Source of the DNA: Nanobdellati archaeon | GTDB taxonomy: Archaea; Nanobdellota; Nanobdellia; Woesearchaeales; GCA-2686295 | Length of the DNA: 64,000 nucleotides | Direction: 5' to 3' | NCBI GenBank assembly: GCA_014384375.1 | Contig: JACNFY010000034.1 | Span: 1,674-65,673, forward strand | Shown: positions 49,200 to 59,002 of the stretch, piece by piece | How positions within the stretch are numbered: position 1 is the stretch's first letter | Layout of the letters: every line of letters begins with the position of its first letter | Made by a program: the position numbers and the translations under genes | Notes under the pieces: generated by a model | Databases searched by the model: none | What the model was told of the DNA's origin: nothing | What the model saw: the letters and a program-made list of their open reading frames with translations, nothing else

Positions 49200-50057
49200 G
49201 TGATTCCTATGAAAAAATTCCGGGAATACTTTCTAATTTTTCTTCGTGGTATATTCATGGGTATAGCTGACATCATACCGGGTGTCTCTGGTGGAACTAT
49301 TGCTTTGATAACAGGCATCTATGAAAGACTGGTGCATGCCATAAGTGGTATTAACTCATTGCTTGTCAAAGAATTTTTTAGTAGGAATTTCAGGAAAGCT
49401 TTCAAGAACATCAAGAAAATAGATTTTGCATTGTTCATACCCTTGTTGTTAGGTATTGCGCTTGCTTTTCTAGCATTATCGCATTTGATGTCATACTTAT
49501 TGCTTGAGTGGACAGCTATTACTTATGCTTTCTTTTTTGGCTTGATACTTGCTTCAGCCTCCTTTGTATATAAGCACGCTGGGAATCATCATTCGAGAAA
49601 CTTTTTTTATCTTATCTTGGGTTTTATCTTTGCTTTCTGGTTCATAGGCTTGAAAGCTTTGGAGGCAAACCATTCTTTGCCAATCATATTCTTTTCTGGA
49701 GCCTTGGCTATATGTGCTATGATTCTACCGGGGATATCAGGAGCTTTCATACTAGTGCTTCTCAACCAGTACGAGTTCATGATAAATGCTATAAAGAATT
49801 TGCTTTTTGACAGGTTAGGAGTTTTTATAGTGGGGGCAGTGATTGGTATCCTATCCTTTTCAAAATTTCTTGACTACTTGCTGAGAAAGCATAAAGGAAC
49901 AACAATGTCTTTTCTCACAGGATTGATGCTTGGGTCACTAAGGTTGCCATATGACAGAGTGGTTGCTTCTGTTGATAAGATGTTGTTTCCAATTATTGCT
50001 GCTGTTGTAGGATTTGCTATAGTTTTTGTCCTTGAGAAGAGGTTTAATCACAAATAA
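49200..50057 (+). CDS. DUF368 family membrane protein (polyprenyl-phosphate translocase candidate)
   Basis: MGIADIIPGVSGGT.A..GIY, AMILPGISG, GLMLGSL. Confidence 0.92.
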   Translation: MIPMKKFREYFLIFLRGIFMGIADIIPGVSGGTIALITGIYERLVHAISGINSLLVKEFFSRNFRKAFKNIKKIDFALFIPLLLGIALAFLALSHLMSYLLLEWTAITYAFFFGLILASASFVYKHAGNHHSRNFFYLILGFIFAFWFIGLKALEANHSLPIIFFSGALAICAMILPGISGAFILVLLNQYEFMINAIKNLLFDRLGVFIVGAVIGILSFSKFLDYLLRKHKGTTMSFLTGLMLGSLRLPYDRVVASVDKMLFPIIAAVVGFAIVFVLEKRFNHK

Positions 50058-50109
50058 TTTTTTTTAGAATAAGTACATCGGGTTAGTTAATTTTTTACCG
50101 ATACCGATA

Positions 50110-51036
50110 CTATTTCTTTTTAATTTTTTTGATATATTTTTCTATTTCTTCTCTGTTAGTATGCCATACATTGTTAATTTTTGTTGCTGGCAATACTCCT
50201 TTTCTAGCGAGTAAACTTAGGTATTCTTGGGAGTAAGGTGTTTCTTTAGCCAGAATAGATAATGGTAACAACTCGTTTTTCTTTGTTGTTTTTGTAAAAG
50301 CGTTTAGATATATTATTAATGATTCCTCTACTCTTAAAGCTATGAAGTTAATGAATGCTTCTAGCTTACCGAAATGTGCTTTTTCTAAGCAGTCAAAGTA
50401 TTTTTTTCTATCTTTAGTTCTTATTATGATTGACGGGAACCCTTTACTCATCAAGATAAGGTTGCATAACAGCCTAGCGGTTCTTCCGTTTCCATCAACA
50501 AATGGATGTATCCTAGCAAGTTCATGATGAGCAAAAGCTGCTAATTCGATAGGCTTATATTTTTCTGGATTTTTGTTTATAAAATATGTTAGATTTCCTA
50601 TCTCACTAGCGACTTTATAGGGAGGAGTCGGTTTTAATTTTGAGCCAACTATTCTATTTTGAGATGTTTTATATCTGCCAGCCCAGTAGTTAGAAATCCC
50701 TTTTAAGGTGATTCTGTGTAATTTAAGAATATCGACTTCTTCTATGTTTTTTTTTTTCTTAGTAAAGGATTCTATCCATTCAAGAGCTTCTCGTTGGTTT
50801 GTTACGTCAAGGTGTTCTCTTAAGCTTTTTCCTCCTATAGTTATTCCTTCATTTAGTACAAGCCTTGTCTCGTTCAAAGTCAATGTGTTTCCTTCTATAG
50901 CTGTAGAATTATAAATATATTCAATTAAAAATTCTTCTTTTAACCTTTGTAGTTGTAGCTTATTCAAAGGTCTAAGGGAGTCGAGAAATTTTTTTCTTTC
51001 CAAAATCCTTTCATATAATTTCTTTGATATTATCAT
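50110..51036 (-). CDS. Fic family protein with C-terminal HTH
   Basis: STAIEGNTL inhibitory motif, HPFVDGNGRTAR, C-terminal YSQEYLSLLARKG..A.K...W. Confidence 0.93.
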   Translation of the reverse strand: MIISKKLYERILERKKFLDSLRPLNKLQLQRLKEEFLIEYIYNSTAIEGNTLTLNETRLVLNEGITIGGKSLREHLDVTNQREALEWIESFTKKKKNIEEVDILKLHRITLKGISNYWAGRYKTSQNRIVGSKLKPTPPYKVASEIGNLTYFINKNPEKYKPIELAAFAHHELARIHPFVDGNGRTARLLCNLILMSKGFPSIIIRTKDRKKYFDCLEKAHFGKLEAFINFIALRVEESLIIYLNAFTKTTKKNELLPLSILAKETPYSQEYLSLLARKGVLPATKINNVWHTNREEIEKYIKKIKKK

Positions 51037-51114
51037 GTTGCTTAAGAGTAATTGTCAAGTATATAAATGTATCGGTTAAGCTCATTTTTAATGTCTTCCG
51101 ATACTGTCTATGTC

Positions 51115-52344
51115 TTAAATTATTTCTATTTTCTTAATTCTTTCTAGAACATATCTTTTTTTAAGTAAATCTTGAACTAGTTTTTTCGCTTCCCTGTACT
51201 TTCTTTTCTCCTCTGCAAAGACTCTGTCTCCTTTAACAAAGGTTTTTTTGTGTTTGGCTTTGAACCTCTTCACTCCTTCCTTCTTATTCAGCGGAGGTCC
51301 TCTAACTACTACTTTTTCTGACAATATTTCTTTCTTGACAATGAAGTAAAATATTCCTTTTTCTTTGAACTCCCATTCAGACTCTGTTATCTTGAAGTCA
51401 TTCTTCTTGATACTCATTTTTATGAACTCGTATGCTTTCAACAGCTTTGCTCCGATGACATCCTTTTTTCCCTTCAAAGGATTTGCTTCTATGAAAAACA
51501 ATTCCTGATTTTTTTTAAGGGTGCTCTCTACATCCTTTTTACTGAAACCTTTAACTTTGAAAAATTCCTTGCTAGGTTGCTGTAAGAATTTCTTGCATGC
51601 CTCTTTGAAATCTTCAAACTTCTGCCTGTTAAGGGCTGCTGCAGCGTTCCTGCAAAGCTGCATAGGGTCGACAATTACTAATGGTGAGTGTGTCTTTGCC
51701 CTGTCTAGTTCTTTCAAAGGATTTTTTAGTTGTTTCTCGATGTCAATAACTACTTTTGGCTTCCAATCAATAGCATTTTTCAACAGTTTTTCAAATGATC
51801 CATAGTGTATTATTAGTAAGTCCAATATGTGACCAGAGAAGCCTTTGATATATGACTCTGCGCCATACACTTTTGCTGCTTTGCAGAACTGCTTTGCAAG
51901 TCTGATATCATCTGCTTGTCCTCTCTTGAGTTTTTTCTTAACGTAATCAACATGCAAAGGACTCATATCAGTGACGTTCTCAGCCTTTCTGTAATTATTA
52001 ATCTTTAGAACAGGTACTATCTCGAACAATAGCTTGTTCTGGAACTGGAAATAGTCTCTGCTGCCATGCACTCTCTTGATGTTGAATTCTTTTTTAAGAA
52101 CTTTCTCAAGAATATCTGATAATCGCTTATTCTTCATCGAATAATCAAATCTCACAAACAAGTCCACGTCATAATCATCCTTTAAGAATGTGCCTTTTGC
52201 TATGCTGCCTCCTTTCATACATTCAGCTTTTATCCCTGATTTTTTGAGTAGAGAATTAATTCTTTTTACAGTATCATCTACTTCAGAGATTATTTTTTCA
52301 TCAGGTCTTAGCTCTTTCTTTACTTTATCTAAAATTTCTCTCAT
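51115..52344 (-). CDS. cca: Archaeal (class I) CCA-adding enzyme
   Basis: GGSIAKGTFL..DYDVDLF, VYGAES.I.GFSG, VDP...RNAAAA, GPP. Confidence 0.92.
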   Translation of the reverse strand: MREILDKVKKELRPDEKIISEVDDTVKRINSLLKKSGIKAECMKGGSIAKGTFLKDDYDVDLFVRFDYSMKNKRLSDILEKVLKKEFNIKRVHGSRDYFQFQNKLLFEIVPVLKINNYRKAENVTDMSPLHVDYVKKKLKRGQADDIRLAKQFCKAAKVYGAESYIKGFSGHILDLLIIHYGSFEKLLKNAIDWKPKVVIDIEKQLKNPLKELDRAKTHSPLVIVDPMQLCRNAAAALNRQKFEDFKEACKKFLQQPSKEFFKVKGFSKKDVESTLKKNQELFFIEANPLKGKKDVIGAKLLKAYEFIKMSIKKNDFKITESEWEFKEKGIFYFIVKKEILSEKVVVRGPPLNKKEGVKRFKAKHKKTFVKGDRVFAEEKRKYREAKKLVQDLLKKRYVLERIKKIEII

Positions 52345-52458
52345 ACATTATTTGAATGATTGTAATTATAAAAAGCTTATCCTATTTCTCCTCTTCCTAA
52401 ATCGAAAATTATATATACTTGTATTTACGGTTTCTATAGAAAAGAGGGAATGGGTTGA

Positions 52459-53133
52459 ATGGTCGATCAGAAGCTTGTGGACTATATAGAAGAGGTTGTA
52501 CATAGGGGTGTAAGTGTCAAACAAGCTGAAGATAAACTTATTCAAGCCGGCTATAAAAAGTCTGATATTAAAGAGGCGGCTTCTAAAGTGAAGCGAAAAA
52601 AATTTGAAGAGGTGGGAGCCATAATTCTAGGTGTCATAATAGTAATTGGCCTTCTAGGACTAATCATTGATAAATTATATTATGAAGAAGTTGTGGAAGA
52701 GCCTAAATCTTCTTTTGAAAGCTTAAAAGATGCTATAGAGAGTGGAGATATTTCTGCATGTGACCAATTCAACCCGGTTAAGAAGGATGTGTGCAGGAAA
52801 ACAATACTTGGGGAGCTGGGAGGAGATAATCCTCCTAACCTTCCTAAAGAAGAGCCGATTATCGAGCAGGCTCGTCAATTACAGGATCCTTCACTATGTG
52901 AGGACATTGATAGCGTCATCCAGAAGGATAGATGCTTGATTGCTAGTGGAGCAAAAGAAGCTCCTATAGTAGAAAGGTATTATTTTGATAATGAAACTAA
53001 CCAAACATTGCCTACTGAATATCAGATAGTTGAGGATATTACTGCTGAAGCAGCAGTCACTGGTGATTCAAGCTTATGTGACCAGATAACAAACCCTGTC
53101 AAGAGACAGAGGTGCCTGGTAAAGTCATCATAA
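52459..53133 (+). CDS. Membrane-anchored protein with three D-x-S-x-C...C repeats
   Basis: Small cytoplasmic helical domain, a TM helix, then GDISAC..C, QDPSLC..C, GDSSLC..C. Confidence 0.7.
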   Translation: MVDQKLVDYIEEVVHRGVSVKQAEDKLIQAGYKKSDIKEAASKVKRKKFEEVGAIILGVIIVIGLLGLIIDKLYYEEVVEEPKSSFESLKDAIESGDISACDQFNPVKKDVCRKTILGELGGDNPPNLPKEEPIIEQARQLQDPSLCEDIDSVIQKDRCLIASGAKEAPIVERYYFDNETNQTLPTEYQIVEDITAEAAVTGDSSLCDQITNPVKRQRCLVKSS

Positions 53134-53156
53134 AAAAGGATAATGGGTGAAATAAG

Positions 53157-54242
53157 ATGAAAAAAATATTGTTGCTGATTGTTTTAATGTTGGTGTTAGC
53201 ATTAAAGGTTGTTAGTGCACAATCTTGTGGTGGAGCGGCTACACAAGGTCCTGTGCGTCAGGGAGAAGGTGTTACTCTAATAGCTCCGAGTGGTGTGACT
53301 GCTGGAACTCTTACATGGACAATTACAAATCCTATTTATCCTTCTATTGATTCAGACCCATTCCAATCAGCTTTCTCAAATCCTTCAGGGTGTAACGTTG
53401 ATTTTAACGCTGTGAGAGCAGGAACATTTACCATTGAGGTGACTGACGGGACAAGTACCGGGACTATTTCTATAGAAGTTGAGGATGTTCTTGAAACTTA
53501 TGGTTTTGGTCATCAGTGCTATGTTATTGATACTGGTAATTGTGGTGACTTGTACACTTATGGTGATATTATTGCTTTAGAAGCTATAAGTGCCAATGAC
53601 ATATTTTCTTATGGCATAGTGCATTCTTATGGTACAATAACAGTTGGTGGCACAGTTAGTCTTGCGCCTACACTTGTTCAACTCCCTGACACTCTTATAA
53701 CAGGTGATTTGGATGTTTCAGGAAACATACTTGATAGTTCGGATAATGTTGTTGACATTAGTAGTAATGTTCATATGACTAATAACCTTTCTGTTGATGG
53801 CGTGACAACTCTTTCTGACTTACTTGTACAAGCTCAGTTGACAGCTTTGGCAGGAGCGTCTATTCTTGGTAATCTTGTTGTCACTGGAGATGCTAATGTC
53901 GATACTTTAAGTGTTTCCCAGGATGCTGATGTAACTGGTAGTGTTAAAAGTGAAGGTCGATTTATGGGAAATTTAAATTTGAGAAAGACTTGTGATGCTG
54001 CCAGTCCGAGGATGTATCAGGAGAATGATGACTTTGTTATAGAGCTTGGTCAAGCGGGACAATGTACTGGTATGGAACCCTGTGAGAGCGATGAAGACTG
54101 CAATAGTTATCAGCTATTTCCTAGTATTGGTGGTTGTAGAGCTGATAAAAATACTTGTTTAGGTGAGGGAGGTGATCCTTGTCAGGAAGATGCTGATTGT
54201 ATGGGTCCTTTTTTTTGTGACGCGGGTCAGTGCACAGTTTAA
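53157..54242 (+). CDS. Secreted protein with beta-helix-like repeats and Cys-rich tail (adhesin/fibre-like)
   Basis: Signal peptide; ITGDLDVSGNI/NNLSVDG/GNLVVTGD repeats; Cys-rich C-terminus. Confidence 0.65.
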   Translation: MKKILLLIVLMLVLALKVVSAQSCGGAATQGPVRQGEGVTLIAPSGVTAGTLTWTITNPIYPSIDSDPFQSAFSNPSGCNVDFNAVRAGTFTIEVTDGTSTGTISIEVEDVLETYGFGHQCYVIDTGNCGDLYTYGDIIALEAISANDIFSYGIVHSYGTITVGGTVSLAPTLVQLPDTLITGDLDVSGNILDSSDNVVDISSNVHMTNNLSVDGVTTLSDLLVQAQLTALAGASILGNLVVTGDANVDTLSVSQDADVTGSVKSEGRFMGNLNLRKTCDAASPRMYQENDDFVIELGQAGQCTGMEPCESDEDCNSYQLFPSIGGCRADKNTCLGEGGDPCQEDADCMGPFFCDAGQCTV

Positions 54243-54244
54243 AA

Positions 54245-55366
54245 ATGTCTTATAAAATTAGTTTAAAGAAATTTTTCGTCTTCTTTTTGTTACTTGTAGT
54301 TATTAGTGGATCTTCTTTGGCTTTTGAGGTTTATTTGTGTATTGATGGACAAGCGTGTGATGATAGTAACAATTGTGGTAATATAAACAATCCTTGTCTA
54401 GTTAATGAGGCGCAGGAGTATGGGATTAATGCGGATGATCCTGAAGGGTGTTATCATACTTGGCATCAAGCTCGAATTGCTGGGGATGTAGAAATAACTC
54501 TTTTAGATCCTCCTCCGTTGATTGACGGGGTTTGGTATAAATCCAGGTGGAGCTTTCCAATTGTTCATGAGCCAACGTTGATAAGGATTGACTATATAAG
54601 GTCTCAGGGTTGTAGTCCTTTTTTTGCTACTGCTACAGGCTACTTTGAGATTCAGGATGTTATTCCTCCAAAGCATGAATGCTTTGTGGTAAATACAACT
54701 ATTTGTGAAACCCTTACACAAGCTAGCAATATAATGCCTTATTATGATATTATTACTGGAGAAGGCTATGATTTAAGAGCAACAAATTATTTGGAAGCTA
54801 CGATTCTTTTAGAGGTAGAGGAGCAACTCTCTATTGGGGACCTTTTAACTCCTAGTGTTGTTTTTGATAGTTCCTCTGCAAAACTCCCGAGTACTGATGA
54901 AGGCGCAACTCTTACAATTAATGGTACTTTGGAAACTCAGGGAATCATCAATGATAGTGTTGATGGAGAGGTTGTTTTTGGTGATGGTGTTTATATGCTT
55001 TCTGATTTGGAGGTTGATGGCGCTTCAGATTTTGCTTTACTTAGTGATATCACTGGATCAATTACTGCTTTTGGTGCGGACATTGCTTCTTTAGAAGCTG
55101 ATAGTCTAGAAGTTTCTAATCTGAATGTTTACAACGCTGTTGGTGGTGATGATTTGTTCGTGACCGGTGATATAAGGGCAAGCACATTTGTTGGAGGTCT
55201 TAATCTTAGAAAGGCATGTGATGCAGTTTCTAATAGAGTTAGAGGAGACAGTAACGGTTTGAGTCTGATATTTGGTGATGATGTTGGTGCTTGTGGGTTG
55301 GGAGACTTTTGTGAAGGGTCTGGAGACTGTCTTTCAGGTAGTTGCGTGAATGGTAGATGTGTTTAA
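54245..55366 (+). CDS. Secreted paralog of 53157..54242
   Basis: Signal peptide; shares H.C.V..T..C..L and G.LNLRK.CDA.S.R with the previous ORF. Confidence 0.65.
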   Translation: MSYKISLKKFFVFFLLLVVISGSSLAFEVYLCIDGQACDDSNNCGNINNPCLVNEAQEYGINADDPEGCYHTWHQARIAGDVEITLLDPPPLIDGVWYKSRWSFPIVHEPTLIRIDYIRSQGCSPFFATATGYFEIQDVIPPKHECFVVNTTICETLTQASNIMPYYDIITGEGYDLRATNYLEATILLEVEEQLSIGDLLTPSVVFDSSSAKLPSTDEGATLTINGTLETQGIINDSVDGEVVFGDGVYMLSDLEVDGASDFALLSDITGSITAFGADIASLEADSLEVSNLNVYNAVGGDDLFVTGDIRASTFVGGLNLRKACDAVSNRVRGDSNGLSLIFGDDVGACGLGDFCEGSGDCLSGSCVNGRCV

Positions 55367-55367
55367 A

Positions 55368-55775
55368 ATGATGAAATTGAAGCCTTTAGAAATAGGAATT
55401 TTGGTTTTGGTAGTTTTAGTTGCTTATATCATTAGTTTGTATATGCTGGGAGAAGATAAGTTTGTTGAACAGCCGAAGGTATTTATTCCTGAGGGTGCTA
55501 GTGATGATTTTGTCATCGAGCAAGCTTACCAGCACGCTGATGAGACTGTGTGTGAACATATAGATGAGGGTGAGAGTAAGGATGAATGCCTTGAAAGGGT
55601 TGAGGACAAGAAGTTTTTGGATGAAGGAGTTGAGAAAGCGAAGAAGGAGTTTAGCGGTGTTTCAGCAGAGGACCAGATTTTGCTTGGAAAGGCATTGGTA
55701 GGTAAAGATAGCTCTTTGTGTGAGCAAATAATTGATGAGGCTACAAAGCAGAAATGCTTTGATTTGTTAGTTTGA
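55368..55775 (+). CDS. Membrane-anchored protein with two Cys repeats
   Basis: TM helix; ADETVCEHI..C, KDSSLCEQI..C. Confidence 0.65.
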   Translation: MMKLKPLEIGILVLVVLVAYIISLYMLGEDKFVEQPKVFIPEGASDDFVIEQAYQHADETVCEHIDEGESKDECLERVEDKKFLDEGVEKAKKEFSGVSAEDQILLGKALVGKDSSLCEQIIDEATKQKCFDLLV

Positions 55776-55782
55776 GGTTAAA

Positions 55783-56331
55783 ATGAAGAGAGGAATGATG
55801 TTTTTGGTATTAACAATCTTCTTATCCAGTTTTACTTATGCAATCCTTGAGGACGAGTTAGCTGCTTGTGGTGACAATATAAGGTGTAAGTTTAGGATGG
55901 CTGCGAAAACCCATAATTCTACTGAATGTGATTCTTTGGAAGGTAGTTTGGCTGATAACTGCAAAAGATTTGTTGTTGCACAGACAGAGATTCGAGGAGA
56001 TGTTTCTTTTCCGCAACGAACTTTGCCAATTATGAAGGATGAAAGCATTTTTCCGGAAAAAATAACTAGTTCTATGATTATAGGATCAATAATAGTCATC
56101 ATGGTGTTTCTGTTTATTATACTCCTATTGTTTTTCGAGCATTATAAGCATAAGTTATTCATAAAAGACCATGCTGACCTTGTAAATTATGTTAGGAATT
56201 CATTAGACAAAAATATTCTAGAAGAAGATATATTAAACAAGCTTAGACGTGTTGGGTGGAAAAAAGATATGATAAAAGAAGCCATAAAAGATGCTAAGCA
56301 TTTGAAAAAAATAGGTAAAGAGAAAAAATGA
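55783..56331 (+). CDS. Signal peptide + Cys repeat + TM + small helical domain protein
   Basis: GAGGT RBS; NSTEC..C; TM; LVNYV..L.GW...I.EA C-terminal domain resembles the N-terminus of 52459. Confidence 0.65.
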   Translation: MKRGMMFLVLTIFLSSFTYAILEDELAACGDNIRCKFRMAAKTHNSTECDSLEGSLADNCKRFVVAQTEIRGDVSFPQRTLPIMKDESIFPEKITSSMIIGSIIVIMVFLFIILLLFFEHYKHKLFIKDHADLVNYVRNSLDKNILEEDILNKLRRVGWKKDMIKEAIKDAKHLKKIGKEKK

Positions 56332-57089
56332 GTGAACTAAAGAGGTTTGGAGTGTTATTGAAGAAAGATTTGTTGGATTCTATTAAGGATAAGAAGGCGA
56401 TTATTGCTTTGCTGATATTCTTATTAACACTTTATGGGAGCATGTCTCTTGCAGATAATATTAATGAAGAATTACATGAAAAGGATATTGAGCCAAGCCT
56501 TTATGATGATGTTGAAAGAACTTTTGGTAGTTTGGATGTGTTCATACCTTTTGTTTTATCAATTTTTTTATTGCCTCTTGTGGCTTTAATAATGGCTTTT
56601 GATTCGATAGCTGCTCAAAGAGAGAATAATAATGTCAGATATTACTTGCTGAAAGTTAGAAGGGTGACTTTTTTGGTGTCTAAAGTTTTTTCAAACTTTA
56701 TAATATTGGTAATTGTTTTTGGCTTGTTCTTCTTAATATCAAACATCGTTTTGTATTATAAGTTAGGTTACAGTTTTAACTTGGAATCTTTCTTCTACCC
56801 TTGGACATTGTTATCAGTCTATTCTCTTGCTCTGATATCTTTTTACACATTTTTATCTTCGATTCCTAAGACCACAGTTGTTGCTTTAATGCTCTGCTTT
56901 GCTGGTTTGTTATTTTTAGTTTTTACGCTTTCCACACCTTACCTGAAGTGGCTTTCAATGTTTAGTTATCTAAGCAACTTTATGAAAAGTACGGCAAAAG
57001 AGAAGTTTTTCAACTATCTGGGGTTGAGTGTTTACGCAGTAGTGTTTTTTGTATTATCATGGATTAAATTAGAGAGGACAGATCTATGA
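56328..57089 (+). CDS. ABC-2 type transporter permease
   Basis: Six TMs; AFDSIAAQRE...L...V.R...LVSK; ends ERTDL. Confidence 0.85.
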   Translation: MSELKRFGVLLKKDLLDSIKDKKAIIALLIFLLTLYGSMSLADNINEELHEKDIEPSLYDDVERTFGSLDVFIPFVLSIFLLPLVALIMAFDSIAAQRENNNVRYYLLKVRRVTFLVSKVFSNFIILVIVFGLFFLISNIVLYYKLGYSFNLESFFYPWTLLSVYSLALISFYTFLSSIPKTTVVALMLCFAGLLFLVFTLSTPYLKWLSMFSYLSNFMKSTAKEKFFNYLGLSVYAVVFFVLSWIKLERTDL

Positions 57090-57943
57090 TTGAAGTAAAG
57101 AGTTTGACAAAGTTTTATGGTAAGAAGCAGGCTTTAGATAATGTTAGTTTTGAGATTCCTTTGAAGAGTTCTTTTGCAGTAATAGGTGAGAATGGTGCTG
57201 GAAAATCGACTTTCATAAATATTTTGTCAGGATTTGTTCATAAGACAAGTGGAGAAGTGATTTTTAGGAAGAAGTCGAAGCTTGGAGTGATGCCCCAGGA
57301 TTCTGCGTTAGAGGGTAGCATGACTTGTAAGAGTTTCTTGGTTTTGATTTCAGGGCTTGAAGGTAGGACTAGGAAGCAAGCTCAAAAGGAAGCTATGAGT
57401 TTGTTGGAGAAGGTTAAGCTGGAGAATGAAGCCAATACAAAGATAAGGAAACTATCACATGGTATGAGAAAGAGGCTCCAGATAGCTCAGGCTTTGATTG
57501 GGGACCCTGAGATATTAGTTTTTGATGAGCCAGTCTCAGGTTTAGACCCTAGGATTGCTAGGACTATAAAGGACTTGATTGGGAGTCTTTCAAAGGAAAA
57601 AACAATGATTTACTGCACTCACAACTTGAATGAGGTTGAAGAGTTATGTGACATTGTTTTGATATTGAAAAATGGTAGAGTAGTTAAGACCTTCCAGATG
57701 GAAAAACTGAGCAAAGGAAACAAGGTTGTTGTTGTTTATAATAAGAGACCGACTGATTTAATGGAGCAATTGAAAAAGAAGAAATACATAAGAAATCTGT
57801 TGTATAAAAATAAGACCTTAGAGCTTACTTTTGAAAACAGGTCACGTGAGAAGGAGGTTGTTTCTTTGCTTACGGGCTCTGATTTTGTTAGTTTGAAAAG
57901 AGGGGTTAGTCTAGAATCAGAATTTTTAGAGAGTACAAAATGA
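57086..57943 (+). CDS. ABC transporter ATP-binding protein
   Basis: GENGAGKST, LSHGM, FDEP.SGLDP, TH. Confidence 0.95.
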   Translation: MIEVKSLTKFYGKKQALDNVSFEIPLKSSFAVIGENGAGKSTFINILSGFVHKTSGEVIFRKKSKLGVMPQDSALEGSMTCKSFLVLISGLEGRTRKQAQKEAMSLLEKVKLENEANTKIRKLSHGMRKRLQIAQALIGDPEILVFDEPVSGLDPRIARTIKDLIGSLSKEKTMIYCTHNLNEVEELCDIVLILKNGRVVKTFQMEKLSKGNKVVVVYNKRPTDLMEQLKKKKYIRNLLYKNKTLELTFENRSREKEVVSLLTGSDFVSLKRGVSLESEFLESTK

Positions 57944-58986
57944 AAAAATACTTTGCGGTTGTAATGATAGCTTTGATGTTATTACATCCTGTAGCAGCAG
58001 GCACTTCGTATATTCGTGCAAACCAGCAGTTAATAGCTAGGGTGAATGATGATGGCTCTGTGGATTACTACCAGTTAGATGGCTTCAAAAACGTACGCTC
58101 ACTATTCAATGAGTCAGGCCTGAAAGAAATACAAGACTATCTGCCTTTCGGAACAGCACTATTCCAAACACCCACAGACTTACAGTATAAAAGCCATCTT
58201 TTAGAGTGGGTTTCTAACTTGTACGGTCTTTATTCCACACATACTGGAAGACGTTTAGTTCCTGCACCTGCACTTTTCGCAGCAGGCACTCAGTTCCTTA
58301 ATGGTTATTTTGTTACGAATAATCCTTTTAAACAGTTATCTTTTAGGGTTCCAAACTTGTTTTCAACTGCTTCTTTAGAGCAGGCACCAAGAGGTGCAGT
58401 GTCATCAGGCTCTATATCAGGAGCAGGACCAACGAGAGCTGCTTTTGCACCAAATCTTTTCAGCTACACTTTTAATTTTGGTACTCCATTACAAAGGATT
58501 GCGATGGCAGGGAAAGGAGTTGGCGCTGCTATAACTATTGCTAGTATTGCTTGTTCTGTGTTTTGTAAACCTAATCCTACACCTGAAGTAGAAGAAAAAA
58601 AGGTTGAGGTAACGGAGGAGGGTAGAGCGATAGAACAAGCATTAGATGATCCTGATGTAGACAAAGTTAAGATTAAAACCGCAACACAAGTTGCTGATGG
58701 CGAATATAAAATTGAAGAAATAGAAGTTTCTTCAGTGAAAGCAGAAATTGGAAGATTAGAGCAAATCGTGATTGACTATGAAAAAGCTGGAGGAGTAAAA
58801 GAGGGGTTTGTACTCCTAAAGGACTATGGTGTTCTGATGGATGATGGAGCCATGAGATATGTGTTTGTGAATTACAACGAAGTGCCTCGTACGTATGGAA
58901 TAAATATATACCCAGGAGATACTTTTTTAGAGCAAACTGTTGTACAATGGACTGCTGCCAGTACCGCTACTGATACTAATCCTTAA
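57940..58986 (+). CDS. Secreted protein with degenerate RHS-associated core and variable C-terminal tip
   Basis: Signal peptide, then YI.ANQQLIAR...YYQLDGFKNVR...DYLPFG...SNLY..Y...TGR...NGY..NNP. Confidence 0.7.
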   Translation: MKKYFAVVMIALMLLHPVAAGTSYIRANQQLIARVNDDGSVDYYQLDGFKNVRSLFNESGLKEIQDYLPFGTALFQTPTDLQYKSHLLEWVSNLYGLYSTHTGRRLVPAPALFAAGTQFLNGYFVTNNPFKQLSFRVPNLFSTASLEQAPRGAVSSGSISGAGPTRAAFAPNLFSYTFNFGTPLQRIAMAGKGVGAAITIASIACSVFCKPNPTPEVEEKKVEVTEEGRAIEQALDDPDVDKVKIKTATQVADGEYKIEEIEVSSVKAEIGRLEQIVIDYEKAGGVKEGFVLLKDYGVLMDDGAMRYVFVNYNEVPRTYGINIYPGDTFLEQTVVQWTAASTATDTNP

Positions 58987-59002
58987 GAATTAGAGTTTTA
59001 GA

